A program made the position numbers and the translations under genes. From contig JBGGMJ010000212.1 of the NCBI GenBank assembly GCA_041288095.1, positions 1-64,000 on the forward strand: a stretch of DNA of 64,000 nt, given 5' to 3'. The notes beneath the pieces were generated by a model. That model saw only the letters and a list, made by a program, of their open reading frames with translations. It searched no databases and was not told where the DNA came from. This document shows, in pieces, positions 19,059-29,160 of the stretch. Within the stretch, counting starts at the first letter, position 1; each line of letters begins with the position of its first letter. Source of the stretch: Myxococcota bacterium. GTDB lineage: Bacteria; Myxococcota; XYA12-FULL-58-9; JALHOP01.

Positions 19059-20366
19059 TCAGGCTTTCGCGAGCCCGTGCTTTTTCAGGAGCTCGTGCAA
19101 ATGACGTCGCGACAAGCCCGCTTCGCGCGCCGCCGCCGAGATGTTGCCGTCGTGCTTCGCCATGAGGTCGCGCACGTAGCCCGCTTCGAAGGCGTCGACG
19201 AGCTTCTCCTTGGCTTCCTTGTACGGCAGCCCGTCGTCGCTCTCGGGCTTGCCACGGGTGTTCGTGGGCTCCCCTGCTTCACCGAGCACGACGATGCGAT
19301 GGACGGCATTGCGGAGCTCGCGGACGTTACCGGGCCAGGGGTTCGCCGCGAGGCTGCGCATGGTCGTCTCGGAGAGCGCGCTCGGGGCGCCGAACGTCGC
19401 CGCGAAATGGCGGGCCAGAGCGGGCACGTCGTCGGCCCGCTCGCGCAGCGGCGGAATGGTGAGCGGCACGATAGCGAGGCGATAGTAGAGGTCGGCGCGG
19501 AAGGTACCGCGCTGGATGCTGTCGTGCAGATCACGGTGCGTGGCGGCGATGACGCGCACATCCACGGCGCGGTAGTCGTTGCTGCCGACGCGCTTCACCT
19601 CGCCGCGCTCGAGCACACGCAAGAGGCGTGTCTGAGTGTCGGGAGGCAGCTCGCCGATTTCGTCGAGGAACAAAGTGCCACCGTCAGCGTCCTCGAAGAC
19701 ACCCCGGCGGTCGGCATGGGCGCCGGTGAAAGCTCCCTTCAAGTGACCAAAGAGCTCGCTCTCTACCAGCTCGCGCGGCACCGAAGCGCAGTCGAAGACG
19801 ACGAACGGTTTGTTCGCGCGCTGGCCATGCTCGTGAATGGCGCGGGCCACCAGCTCCTTACCGGTGCCGGTCTCGGCGAGAACGAGGACGGTGACATCAC
19901 TGGACTCGATGCGCCGCAGCAGCGCGAACATGTGGCGCATGCTCTCGCTCGTGCCGATGAGCCCGCCGTAGCTCTTGGCGGCGAGGTCCGCCGCGGCGGT
20001 CAACGGCAGGAGCTCGAGGGTCGTGTTGCCCAGCTGCACGTGCGCGCCATAAGGCAAGACGGCCTCGACGACCCGGTTCCCCATGACGAAGGAGCCGTTG
20101 CTGCTCCCGAGGTCCTTGACGCCGATGCCGTGCGGCACGACGCGAATTTCGAGGTGCCGCCGCGATACGCGTTTGTCCACGAGGTGGAGGTCGCAGCTCG
20201 AGGAGGAACCCACGAGGGCGGTGCCGCGCGGCAGCTCGAGGTGCTTGCCGAGGTCCTTTGGGTCGCCATGCAGGACCCGCAGGTGGCAGCCAACAGGGGC
20301 TGTATTGGGCTCGGTATCCTGGCGCTCGGTCACCCAATCGCTTGTTTGGTCACGGCCAGGGGACAT
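19059..20366 (-). CDS. FHA domain + sigma54 enhancer-binding AAA+ protein + HTH
   Basis: VSRRH/DLGSSNG (FHA), ETGTGKE, GAFTGA, FLDEIGE, WPGNVREL, NISAAAR. Confidence 0.95.
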   Translation of the reverse strand: MSPGRDQTSDWVTERQDTEPNTAPVGCHLRVLHGDPKDLGKHLELPRGTALVGSSSSCDLHLVDKRVSRRHLEIRVVPHGIGVKDLGSSNGSFVMGNRVVEAVLPYGAHVQLGNTTLELLPLTAAADLAAKSYGGLIGTSESMRHMFALLRRIESSDVTVLVLAETGTGKELVARAIHEHGQRANKPFVVFDCASVPRELVESELFGHLKGAFTGAHADRRGVFEDADGGTLFLDEIGELPPDTQTRLLRVLERGEVKRVGSNDYRAVDVRVIAATHRDLHDSIQRGTFRADLYYRLAIVPLTIPPLRERADDVPALARHFAATFGAPSALSETTMRSLAANPWPGNVRELRNAVHRIVVLGEAGEPTNTRGKPESDDGLPYKEAKEKLVDAFEAGYVRDLMAKHDGNISAAAREAGLSRRHLHELLKKHGLAKA

Positions 20367-20407
20367 GCGAGGCGTAGTCTATATCGTCATGGTAGCCTTG
20401 AGCTACG

Positions 20408-21895
20408 GTGGCAGCGTCCCTGACTACAGTCGGCCGATACGAGCTCGTGCGACGCCTTGCGGGGGGTGGCATGGGCGAGGTCTTCGCCGCGCGCATCCTC
20501 GGCGCCGAGGGCTTCGTCAAAGACGTCGCCTTGAAGCGCATCTACCCGCACCTCGCCGGTAGCCAAAAGCACCGCCAGCTGTTCGTCCGCGAAGCGAAAA
20601 TCGTTGCTCAGCTCAGCCACCCGAACATCGTGCAAGTGCTCGAGCTCGGTAACGACGGCGACGATCTCTTCATGGCGATGGAGTTCGTCTCCGGCATCAC
20701 CCTGTCCCAGGTGCTGCGCCGTTTCAACGATGAAGGCCGCAAGCTGCCCTTCCAGATCGTGGTCGCCATCGCCAACGATTTGCTCGAAGCCCTGGCCTAC
20801 GCCCACGACTACAACGATGCGAGTCTCGGCATCCGGGGTATCATCCACGCGGACGTGTCGCCGCAGAACGTCATGCTCACGCAGCAGGGTCGGGCCAAGC
20901 TCTGCGATTTCGGGGTCGCGAAGCTCTTGCGCTTCGCGAACCAAGAAGCGACGCAGCGCGAGCGTTGGGGCAAGGTCGCGTACATGGCGCCCGAAGCCGT
21001 CAACGACACGGGCCTCGACGCGCGCTCCGACATCTATGCCGTCGCCATCATGATGTTCGAGGCGATCAGCGGTCAGCGCGTGTTCTCGGCGAACAACGCA
21101 GGAGAGCTCGCACGCGCGGTCGTGCGGGGCGAACGGCCGTCATTCTATGCGGTGGCCACCGACACCCCCGTCGAGATCGCGGCGGTGATCGAGCGCGGCT
21201 GTGCCGTCGATCCAGCCATGCGTTTCCACAGCGCCGCCGCGATGCGCCGTGCCCTCCTCGACGCCGCGGGCACCGAATCGATCGAGGACTCGCGCCAGTG
21301 GCTCAGCGGCATGGTCGCCGACTCCGTGAGCAAGGATACCTCGCACGAGGGCACGCACAGCAGCCAGCCGACCGCGCTCACGTCGAGCGACACCTCGGTC
21401 GACCGTCCGTCACAGCGGACTTGGAAGCGTGCCGCGCTGGGAGCGACGGCGGGTGCCTTGCTGGCGACCATCGTCACCATGGTCGGACTCATGATGATGC
21501 AAGGCGGCAACGCCCCCGACCCGGAAGCTCCGATCCTCGAGCGCGTGCCGCCCGAGCCACTGCCCGTGCCCGACAATCCGCTAGCCGACGCCACGCCGGT
21601 CGACCAGGTACCTCGCGATGAAGGCGATGCGCACCGTCCTGCCCCGCGCCGGGCAGCGAAGACCACGCCGAAGACGAGCACGCAGAAGCCCGCGCTGCTG
21701 ACGCTGAACTCGGTGCCGTGGGCGTACGTCGTGCTCGATGGCCAGCGTCTTCCAAAGCCCACACCACTGTTCGACTACGCGCTCGAGCCGGGCCAGCACA
21801 CCATCCAACTGCGCGCCGCCAACGGTAAGACGCAGAGCTTGTCGCTCAATCTCCAGCCCGGCGAGGTCGTTCGCCGCGTGGTGCGTCTCGAATGA
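20408..21895 (+). CDS. Hanks-type Ser/Thr protein kinase with TM segment and C-terminal PEGA-like domain
   Basis: GGGMGEV, VALK, HADVSPQN, DFG, YMAPE. Confidence 0.95.
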   Translation: MAASLTTVGRYELVRRLAGGGMGEVFAARILGAEGFVKDVALKRIYPHLAGSQKHRQLFVREAKIVAQLSHPNIVQVLELGNDGDDLFMAMEFVSGITLSQVLRRFNDEGRKLPFQIVVAIANDLLEALAYAHDYNDASLGIRGIIHADVSPQNVMLTQQGRAKLCDFGVAKLLRFANQEATQRERWGKVAYMAPEAVNDTGLDARSDIYAVAIMMFEAISGQRVFSANNAGELARAVVRGERPSFYAVATDTPVEIAAVIERGCAVDPAMRFHSAAAMRRALLDAAGTESIEDSRQWLSGMVADSVSKDTSHEGTHSSQPTALTSSDTSVDRPSQRTWKRAALGATAGALLATIVTMVGLMMMQGGNAPDPEAPILERVPPEPLPVPDNPLADATPVDQVPRDEGDAHRPAPRRAAKTTPKTSTQKPALLTLNSVPWAYVVLDGQRLPKPTPLFDYALEPGQHTIQLRAANGKTQSLSLNLQPGEVVRRVVRLE

Positions 21896-24561
21896 GCGCG
21901 CGCGCTCTCATCACGCTCGCGGTGGTGCTCACCGCCTGCAGCGCCGACGGCCTGGTACCCGACACCTGCCAAGAAGACGACGAGTGTCCCTTCGAGCAGT
22001 GCTGCGTTCAGGGCGCCTGTGTCGACCCCGGCCCGGTGGGCAGCTGCGCCACGGCCGCCATCGCGAACAGCAGCCTGGTGGTCACTCCTTCGACCGTCGT
22101 CGCCGGCTCGGACGCCGACGTACGCATCACCGTGCGCGACATTCATGGTCGTCCGATCGCGGGTGCGACCGCCGAGGTGTTGATTTCTAGCGATTGTCTC
22201 GGCTGTGACAGCATCGTCAGCGGCAGCTGGCGTACCGACGCCGCGGGCAACATCGCCGCGGTGTTCCGCTCGACGGGCGCCGGCGCCAAGGAGCTCAGGC
22301 TTTTCGTCGGCAGCGCCGCATCTCCGACGACCATCATCAACGTGATTCCGGACGTCGCGGTCAGCGTCGGCTTCACGGGCGCCATAGCGGACACCCGCGT
22401 CGACTCGCCTCTCGGTGGCGTGGCGGTGACGCGCCTCGACGTCTACGGCAACCCCGGAGCGCTACCCGAGGTCGACCGCGGGCCAACGGCGGTCGAGATT
22501 CAGCTGGATGCGAACCCCGCGGGTCTCGTCCTGGTGGACGCCGGCCGCGCCGCCCTCGCACCGGAGAGCCGCCGCTTCGTCTTGTCGCAGCCCAGTGTGC
22601 CGGTCGAGGGCCTGTACGTGAACCAGGTCTCGCACGGCCTGCGCCTCACGGCGTTCGACGCGAGCACCGAGCCGGCACTCGCTGCCTCGCAATCGAATGC
22701 CTTCGACATCACCGCGCCGCACGTGACCTCCGACATCGCCGCCGTGCTCAGCGGCTCGCCGGCGTCGCCGGTCACCCTCGAGTGGGCCGTGACTCCCGAC
22801 GTGCCCGTCTCACTGCGCGAGAGCGGTGCCGCGCCCAGCCGCGTCACATCGCCGCATCTCTTCTATCCGACCTTCTCCGGAGAGCTCGCCAGCGTGACAC
22901 ACGTCCGCATCCAGCCCGAGATGGTGGCGCCCGCGCTCGATGTCGAGGTGACGAAGCTGGGGACCGCCCGCACCTCGTTCATTCCTTCGCAACGCGCCGG
23001 CTCGCAGGTGAACATCACCGATATCAAGCGCCTCGGCGGTGGCGATCTCGTGGTCGCCGGCACCTTCACTTTCGACATGATCCTGGGCGAGCGGTCCGAC
23101 GGCAGTCTCGCGCTGGTCAGCGCCGTCATCACGACCGGCCTCGAAGGCTTCATCGCGCGTCTCGATCCAACGGGGCGAGAGCTGCGCTGGGTCGTCATCT
23201 ACTACGCGCAAGCCACGAACAACCGCGGTGTCAACGTCAGCATCAGAGACATCGACGTAGGTGGCGGCACCATCACCGCCCTCGCCGAGTTCAGTGGCGC
23301 CGCCGCCGGCTGGCGCTTCGACGGCCCCCCGAACGCCGCTTTCCCCGACGGCCGGCCACGACAATGCACCATGGGCACTCCCTCGACCGACACCGCTATA
23401 ACGACAGCCGTCGCGCGCATCGATCCCGCCACGGGAGACGTCGATTGGTGCGCGGGCCTGCACGACCCCGACGCCGCGACCGGCACGGTGTCGGACGTCC
23501 GCGCCGGCGCCGCCGCGGTCATCGGCAACGCGCACTACGTCGCGGTGCGCGTCACCGACACGTTCCGTGTTTATCGCGGAACCGTCGCCGACGGAGCACA
23601 GCCGGTGAAGCTCGTGGATGGGGCCGGCGCCGGGAACCCCGTGGTGCTGGTCGTGCCCACCACCGAGAGCGGCTGCACGCCCGGGGTGACTTCGCTCGTG
23701 CCCTTGAGTAACGGCGCGCTCGACGGCGAGTGGAACGTCGCGACGACGGGCATCTCGTTCGACCCGACCGTCCTCTTCAGGGACGCCGACGGCCAAGGCT
23801 TCGTGCTCGGCGGTCAGGCCTGCAGCAACGGCGTCAACGACATCCAGATTGGCGGCACGACCAGCGTCGACACCGCTGGCATCGACAGCACGCTATTGCG
23901 GGTCGACACACCACTCGACCACGAAATCTCGCCAGGGGGAACGATGCGCCTCGTCTGGCACAGTGACGCCGACAGCACCGACCGCTTGTTCGACGCGGAC
24001 CGTTTCCTCGATGACATCGTCATCCTCGGCGACTTCACGAGCACCCTGCCATTCGGCGGCGGCACGCTCGGCTTGGTGAGCTCCTCCACGACCGCGTACG
24101 TCGCTCGTCTCGACCGCCTCGCCGGCGAGATCGCCTGGTACAGCAGGATTGGCTCATCGACCACGGCCGCCTCGGGCCAGGGAATCTCGGTGAGCGGCGA
24201 CCGGATCGTCATTGCCGTGCAATCGTCGGATGACCTGACCATCGTCGACTCATTGCACACGGCGTTCGACATGAACGACGCGCAGCCGGACCCGGTCGGT
24301 CTCCTGGCCGAGCTCGACAACGACGGAGAGGTGCGCTGGTCCAGCCCCTTCCTGGGCACCACGCGAACCAGCCGCCCGCTTGCGCTTCCAGGCGGCTCGG
24401 TCTTGCTCGGCGCCAATGGCTTGCAAGGCTCGATCGTCCTCGGGCCTCTCGATGCGCAGCCGGCGCGTCAGGCCAATCAGCGCGGCGGCCGTCAAGAGCC
24501 GGTGCTCGTGATCTACACGCCCTATGATTTCGCCGTGCGCGATATCCTGCGGCAGCCCTAG
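21892..24561 (+). CDS. Large lipoprotein: Cys-rich N-terminus, Ig-like domain, beta-propeller-like C-terminus
   Basis: Lipobox LTAC; CQEDDECPFEQCC; TVRDIHGRPIAG; repeated G.F...FIARLD...W motifs. Confidence 0.7.
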   Translation: MSARALITLAVVLTACSADGLVPDTCQEDDECPFEQCCVQGACVDPGPVGSCATAAIANSSLVVTPSTVVAGSDADVRITVRDIHGRPIAGATAEVLISSDCLGCDSIVSGSWRTDAAGNIAAVFRSTGAGAKELRLFVGSAASPTTIINVIPDVAVSVGFTGAIADTRVDSPLGGVAVTRLDVYGNPGALPEVDRGPTAVEIQLDANPAGLVLVDAGRAALAPESRRFVLSQPSVPVEGLYVNQVSHGLRLTAFDASTEPALAASQSNAFDITAPHVTSDIAAVLSGSPASPVTLEWAVTPDVPVSLRESGAAPSRVTSPHLFYPTFSGELASVTHVRIQPEMVAPALDVEVTKLGTARTSFIPSQRAGSQVNITDIKRLGGGDLVVAGTFTFDMILGERSDGSLALVSAVITTGLEGFIARLDPTGRELRWVVIYYAQATNNRGVNVSIRDIDVGGGTITALAEFSGAAAGWRFDGPPNAAFPDGRPRQCTMGTPSTDTAITTAVARIDPATGDVDWCAGLHDPDAATGTVSDVRAGAAAVIGNAHYVAVRVTDTFRVYRGTVADGAQPVKLVDGAGAGNPVVLVVPTTESGCTPGVTSLVPLSNGALDGEWNVATTGISFDPTVLFRDADGQGFVLGGQACSNGVNDIQIGGTTSVDTAGIDSTLLRVDTPLDHEISPGGTMRLVWHSDADSTDRLFDADRFLDDIVILGDFTSTLPFGGGTLGLVSSSTTAYVARLDRLAGEIAWYSRIGSSTTAASGQGISVSGDRIVIAVQSSDDLTIVDSLHTAFDMNDAQPDPVGLLAELDNDGEVRWSSPFLGTTRTSRPLALPGGSVLLGANGLQGSIVLGPLDAQPARQANQRGGRQEPVLVIYTPYDFAVRDILRQP

Positions 24562-25658
24562 GGCAGGGTCGCGTTCACGGCGACCTTGTCGGTGTCGCTG
24601 GTCGCCGCCACGATGCCGACCACGGCGCCCGTCACGACGACGCCTGCGGCTGTCCAGAACCACCAACGCTTCCACACCGGCGGCGGCGGCTGTGCTTGCT
24701 CCTCGAGACGGTGCAGCTCGACGAGCTCGGAGCGAATGCGCTCGTTCCCGAGGCTCGGGTTCGAGGCTTCGAGGGTCACGGGGCCGCGGATGTCCTTGAA
24801 CGGCTTGCGGCTCACCATCGCCTGCATGACGGCGCCTTCGCGATCGACGAGCACGACATCGTCGGCTTCCTGCAACGTCATCACCAAGCGCACGTCGCCG
24901 AGCTGGCCTTCGCGCCAGGAAGCGCGGAGGCGTTCGGCGGTGGTCGGCACCAGGCTCAGGTCGACGTTCGTGGTCTCGCGCGCCTTGGCGGTGATGACGA
25001 CGTCACGGCGGATGCCGTTCGCTTCGGCGCTCACGAAGTGACGGCCGGGAGGGACGCGCATGTCGCACGGACCGTTGCACGTCCGCTTGTCGACCCGGAC
25101 CACGGCCTTCGCTTCGACGCGGATGGTCGCCGTAGGCTCGGCGCCGCCGCAGGTTCGTCGCAGCTCCTCGACGACATGCGGAGGATAGACGGTGGCTTTG
25201 GGGTGCCACTTCGGGTCGAGGGCGCACACGGCTTCCAGATAACCGCGCGCCGCCGTCGTATCGTGGCGTTCGATGGCCACCCAAGCGAGGAGCATCTGGG
25301 CTTCGACGGCGGTGGGCAAATCGCGCTCGGTGCGCGGCGACGCCTCGATGTCGCCCATCAGCGTGCGCAACACCTGCACCGCGCGGTCGACGTCCAGCGC
25401 GTCGAAGGCGGCGCGGCCGGCGGCGAGCGTGGCTCGACGCTGGGTACCTTCGTCGGGGTTGCATGGAGGCGCGTCACCGATGAGGCGCCATGACGCGACA
25501 CCCATGTTCGAGAGCTCGGGTACCAAGCGGCTGGTGACCCCAGCGAGCTCGCTGTCGACGCACGTCTGTACCACCGCGACGGTGCCGGGCTCGTCGGCGG
25601 CCGACGCGGATGCAGCCGCGAGCATGAGAACCGCAAGAAAAAGCGTGCTAGAACGCAC
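24558..25658 (-). CDS. Secreted TPR-like/PEGA-like protein with C-terminal membrane anchor
   Basis: Signal peptide; VPPGRHFV; PVWKRWWFWTAAGVVV. Confidence 0.7.
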   Translation of the reverse strand: MRSSTLFLAVLMLAAASASAADEPGTVAVVQTCVDSELAGVTSRLVPELSNMGVASWRLIGDAPPCNPDEGTQRRATLAAGRAAFDALDVDRAVQVLRTLMGDIEASPRTERDLPTAVEAQMLLAWVAIERHDTTAARGYLEAVCALDPKWHPKATVYPPHVVEELRRTCGGAEPTATIRVEAKAVVRVDKRTCNGPCDMRVPPGRHFVSAEANGIRRDVVITAKARETTNVDLSLVPTTAERLRASWREGQLGDVRLVMTLQEADDVVLVDREGAVMQAMVSRKPFKDIRGPVTLEASNPSLGNERIRSELVELHRLEEQAQPPPPVWKRWWFWTAAGVVVTGAVVGIVAATSDTDKVAVNATLP

Positions 25659-25661
25659 GCC

Positions 25662-26099
25662 ATGGTTCTAGACCCACGGCGGGCGGGGCGCCATCTTCTC
25701 CTCTTGGCGTTATGCGGCGCCGCTTGCGGCGGCGATGTGAGCTTGCGTCTCGGTTTCGTGCTGCCGGAGGGCAGCACCGCCCTCTCCGGCACCGCCACCG
25801 TCGACCTGTGGGCGACACGCTCGAGCACGCGGATCGCCTTCGTCACGGCGGTCTATGCGCCCGGTGTCGTGCTCGCCCTCGACGACATCGACAAGGAAGG
25901 CCCCGACTTGAGCTTGTTTCTCACGGCACGCAACGCCGAGGGCGCGGCGACCGCCTACGGCGAGCTGGGCCCGGCGGCAACGTCCTCGATAGCGGACGCA
26001 GGCGAGGTCTGTTGCTTGACGATGTGCGTTTGCACCGATGCTTACCGCCAAGCCGAGACCTGCGATTGTGGCTCGACCGGCTGCGAGACGTGCGACTGA
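25662..26099 (+). CDS. Small lipoprotein with Cys-rich C-terminus
   Basis: LLLLALCGAAC lipobox; VCCLTMCVC...CDCGSTGCETCD. Confidence 0.55.
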   Translation: MVLDPRRAGRHLLLLALCGAACGGDVSLRLGFVLPEGSTALSGTATVDLWATRSSTRIAFVTAVYAPGVVLALDDIDKEGPDLSLFLTARNAEGAATAYGELGPAATSSIADAGEVCCLTMCVCTDAYRQAETCDCGSTGCETCD

Positions 26100-26148
26100 G
26101 CTCCGCCGATGGCCGCGGCGTCTTCGGCCTGCTCGAAGGAACCGCGTC

Positions 26149-26472
26149 CTAGCGCGACTCGTTCGACGCCTCCGCCTCGGCGGACACAGGCTCCCGCGTG
26201 AAGTCGGTCGTGTCCATCGGCAAGCCATAGGCCGCGTCGATCCACGCGTCATCGGCGCTCGCCATGGTGCGCCGCTCGTCCTTGATGGGCACGGCTTCGC
26301 TGGCCAGAAGACGCTGCCGCTCCCAGTGGGCCCGCGCGTCGTCTTCGACGGCCACGCGTTCCTCGGGTGTCAGAATAGGCTCGTACGCCCGCCGAGCTTG
26401 CTCCGCCACCATGACCGCGACAGCGCACAGGAAAAACACCACCACGCCCAGAAAGGCGACGTTCTTACGCAT
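26149..26472 (-). CDS. Small membrane-anchored hypothetical protein
   Basis: MRKNVAFLGVVVFFLCAVAVMV; start re-called. Confidence 0.55.
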   Translation of the reverse strand: MRKNVAFLGVVVFFLCAVAVMVAEQARRAYEPILTPEERVAVEDDARAHWERQRLLASEAVPIKDERRTMASADDAWIDAAYGLPMDTTDFTREPVSAEAEASNESR

Positions 26473-26546
26473 GACACTCCCCCGCCCCCAAAAGGTGCTA
26501 ACGTCCGCGGCCGGCCGCAACCGGGGCCACGACACCCGGACCACGC

Positions 26547-27386
26547 ATGATCGTTCATCTCATCGACGGCACGTACGAGCTCTTCAGGCACTTCTACGGC
26601 TTGCGCAGCTTCAACAAGGGCAAGGACCAGCCCTTCGGCGCGGTGGTCGGCGTGCTCAACACGGTGCTCGGGATGATCGAGCAGGGTGAGCCTTACGTCG
26701 GTGTCGCGACCGACCACGTCATCGAGTCGTTTCGAAATGACCTTTGGCCCGGCTACAAGACGGGCGCCGGCATCGACCGCGCCCTCTGGTCACAGTTTCA
26801 TCCGCTGGAAGACGCGCTGGCGGACATGGGCGTTGCTGTGTGGCCGATGAAAGAGCTCGAGGCCGACGACGCTCTCGCTTCGGCGGCGCACGTGGCGAGT
26901 CTCGATGCCCGCGTCGAGAAGGTGTGCATCTGGACTCCCGACAAGGACCTGGCGCAGTGCGTTCGCGATAGCAGAGTCGTGCAGGTCGACCGCAAGTCGA
27001 AGGAGATTCGTGACGCTGACGGTGTCCGAGCCAAGTTCGGCGTCGACCCCGAGCGCATCCCCGATTACCTCGCCCTCGTAGGCGACACCGCGGATGGCTA
27101 TCCGGGCATTGCCGGCATCGGCGCCAAGACAGCGGCGCGGCTGGTCGCCAAGCACGGCGCCATCGAGGATTTCCCGCCCGAGGTGTTGAAGGACCGCAGC
27201 GCCGACGCCTTGCTGTTCAAGAAGCTCGCGACCCTGCGCGAGGATGCGAAGTTGTTCGAAAGCGTCGACCAGCTCCGCTGGCGCGGACCGACCGAGGCGT
27301 TCCCGAAGGCGGCCATGAAGCTCGGCTCCGAGGCGTTGCTGACACGCGCGCGCAAGGCCGCCGCGATGCTAGACTCGAAACCATGA
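26547..27386 (+). CDS. 5'-3' exonuclease / flap endonuclease (Pol I N-terminal-like)
   Basis: HLIDG, EADDALAS, TPDKDLAQ, LVGDTADGYPGIAGIGAKTA. Confidence 0.95.
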   Translation: MIVHLIDGTYELFRHFYGLRSFNKGKDQPFGAVVGVLNTVLGMIEQGEPYVGVATDHVIESFRNDLWPGYKTGAGIDRALWSQFHPLEDALADMGVAVWPMKELEADDALASAAHVASLDARVEKVCIWTPDKDLAQCVRDSRVVQVDRKSKEIRDADGVRAKFGVDPERIPDYLALVGDTADGYPGIAGIGAKTAARLVAKHGAIEDFPPEVLKDRSADALLFKKLATLREDAKLFESVDQLRWRGPTEAFPKAAMKLGSEALLTRARKAAAMLDSKP

Positions 27387-28291
27387 TCGCCCTCGCACTC
27401 ATCGTGGTCGCCGCGACCGATCCCGCTTTCGCCGCGAGTGACGCCACCGCCAAGGCCATCGACAGCATGGAGGGCAAGCTCGTGGTCTACGGCGTCAGCG
27501 CTGGGCAGGAGCATTCGCTAGAGGGCAGCTCGGGCGAAGCCTTCGCTGACAAGGACGGCCGCGTCCGCAAGATCGCGATGACCTTCTACGGCGAGACCTA
27601 CCGGGCCCTGCTCGCCGTGTATGTCCGCGACGGCGTCCCGTTCCTCGCCGAGCGGCGGACTGGACTCTATCGCGGAGGGCTCACCGACCCCGCGATCGGT
27701 CACACTGACGTCGAGCGCGTGTATCTCGACGGCGACAAGGTGCTTGGCGCGGTCGACGGTGAAGGCAAGCCGCTGGCGCCGGCCGGCAGTGAGACCCTGG
27801 TGAAGCTGGTACAAGGAGTCGCCAAGCCCATCATCGAGTGCATCGCCAAGGCGAAGGGCGCCGCGGCTAGCTGCGAGTCCGTGGCGGAGCTACGCGACAC
27901 TCAGCCTTTCGACAGCGATCCGCGAATCGCGCTCATCAAGCGTGAATTCGAACGCACGCAAAAGGAGCGCCCATCTTACAAGAAGCGCGACGTCAGCAAC
28001 GCCAACTGGGAGATGACAGGCAGCGCCTACGCCAACGCGGCAGGTGAGCTGCGCTTCGCTTCAATCAGAGCCGGTGGCGCACGCGTCGACTTCTATTACG
28101 CGGGGAAAGACCTATTGTTCAGCCTGCGCAAGGACAGCGCCGGCGAGGTCCGCGTCTACTATGACGCCGACAAGCCGATTCGCATCCTCGACACCAAGAA
28201 CAAGCGTGTGCGCGTCAACCAGACGAGCTACGCGACGCACGTCCAGCCCATCATCGAATATGCGACGTTGCTGCGCGAACCCACCCCTTGA
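27383..28291 (+). CDS. Secreted hypothetical protein
   Basis: N-terminal hydrophobic segment; overlaps upstream stop. Confidence 0.6.
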   Translation: MIALALIVVAATDPAFAASDATAKAIDSMEGKLVVYGVSAGQEHSLEGSSGEAFADKDGRVRKIAMTFYGETYRALLAVYVRDGVPFLAERRTGLYRGGLTDPAIGHTDVERVYLDGDKVLGAVDGEGKPLAPAGSETLVKLVQGVAKPIIECIAKAKGAAASCESVAELRDTQPFDSDPRIALIKREFERTQKERPSYKKRDVSNANWEMTGSAYANAAGELRFASIRAGGARVDFYYAGKDLLFSLRKDSAGEVRVYYDADKPIRILDTKNKRVRVNQTSYATHVQPIIEYATLLREPTP

Positions 28292-28316
28292 TATGTCGGT
28301 CCCAACAGGAGCTCAC

Positions 28317-28784
28317 ATGAGGACGCGACGCGATTTCATCACCACGACCGGGGCCGCTGTCGCCGCCGCTTCTTTTCTTGCCGCCGGCGATGCAAAAGCC
28401 GCGGCTGCCGCGACGCCGCCGGGGAAGGACGCAAAGGACCTCCACACCGACGTGGTCGAGTCCGCTTCAGCGTGCATCCGCGCCGGCGAGCTATGCGTCG
28501 CCCATTGCACCGAAGAGCTCGCCAAGGGCAACACGTCGATGGCGAGCTGCAACAAGCGCGTCCACGAGATGCTGGCGATGACCCGAGCGATGCAGACGCT
28601 CGCCGCCAGCAAGTCCGAGTTCGCCAAGCGTCACGCGGCCGTGTGCGCCGACGTGTGCAAAGCCTGCGCTGCCGCCTGCCTCGAGCACAAAGAGCACTGG
28701 GGCCACGGTATGCACATGGCTTGCAAAGCTTGTTACGACGCGTGCGTCGCCTGCGAGCAGAGCTGCCGCAAGCTCGCGGCCTAG
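28317..28784 (+). CDS. Tat-exported four-helix-bundle copper storage protein (Csp1-like)
   Basis: MRTRRDFI Tat motif; many CxxxC/CxxC; H/M-rich HWGHGMHM; AGGAG RBS. Confidence 0.9.
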   Translation: MRTRRDFITTTGAAVAAASFLAAGDAKAAAAATPPGKDAKDLHTDVVESASACIRAGELCVAHCTEELAKGNTSMASCNKRVHEMLAMTRAMQTLAASKSEFAKRHAAVCADVCKACAAACLEHKEHWGHGMHMACKACYDACVACEQSCRKLAA

Positions 28785-28809
28785 CAACTTACGGAAGCAC
28801 TTCGATAAG

Positions 28810-29100
28810 TTACCGGCGTACCCAGGCCTCGCAGATCGCCTGGGCTTCCCAGCGACGCGACGCGCGCCGCACGTCGTGCAGCTCACCCGCGTAGATGGCC
28901 ACGGCGTACCAACAGCAGCGCCCGTTGGCCTTGGCGGCGCGATGTACCTCGAAGCGCACGCAGGCGTCCGCGTAGATGACCGTGACGTCGCAAGGCGCCG
29001 GTCGCCCCGCTCCGCCGACGAGCAGCTTCAACGTCGCCCGCAACCGTGGACGCGGTGCCCGAGCCTCTTGTCTGCGTGCCAGAGCTGATTGTCGCGCCAT
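28810..29100 (-). CDS. Small hypothetical protein
   Basis: MARQSALARR...; GAGGGGGG RBS-like; fills the gap. Confidence 0.4.
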   Translation of the reverse strand: MARQSALARRQEARAPRPRLRATLKLLVGGAGRPAPCDVTVIYADACVRFEVHRAAKANGRCCWYAVAIYAGELHDVRRASRRWEAQAICEAWVRR

Positions 29101-29160
29101 CGAGCCCCCCTCGATCATAGTGTAAGCAAGGGGTCCGACAGTTTTTCCGTGGGAGCGCCG

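Noticed and set aside
20433..20440. GCCGATAC near the kinase start
   Set aside because: Lies inside the coding sequence (GRYE codons), downstream of the start.
26547..27386. Nuclease as sign of a mobile or defence element
   Set aside because: Ordinary stand-alone 5'-3' exonuclease with no integrase, transposase or terminal repeats nearby.
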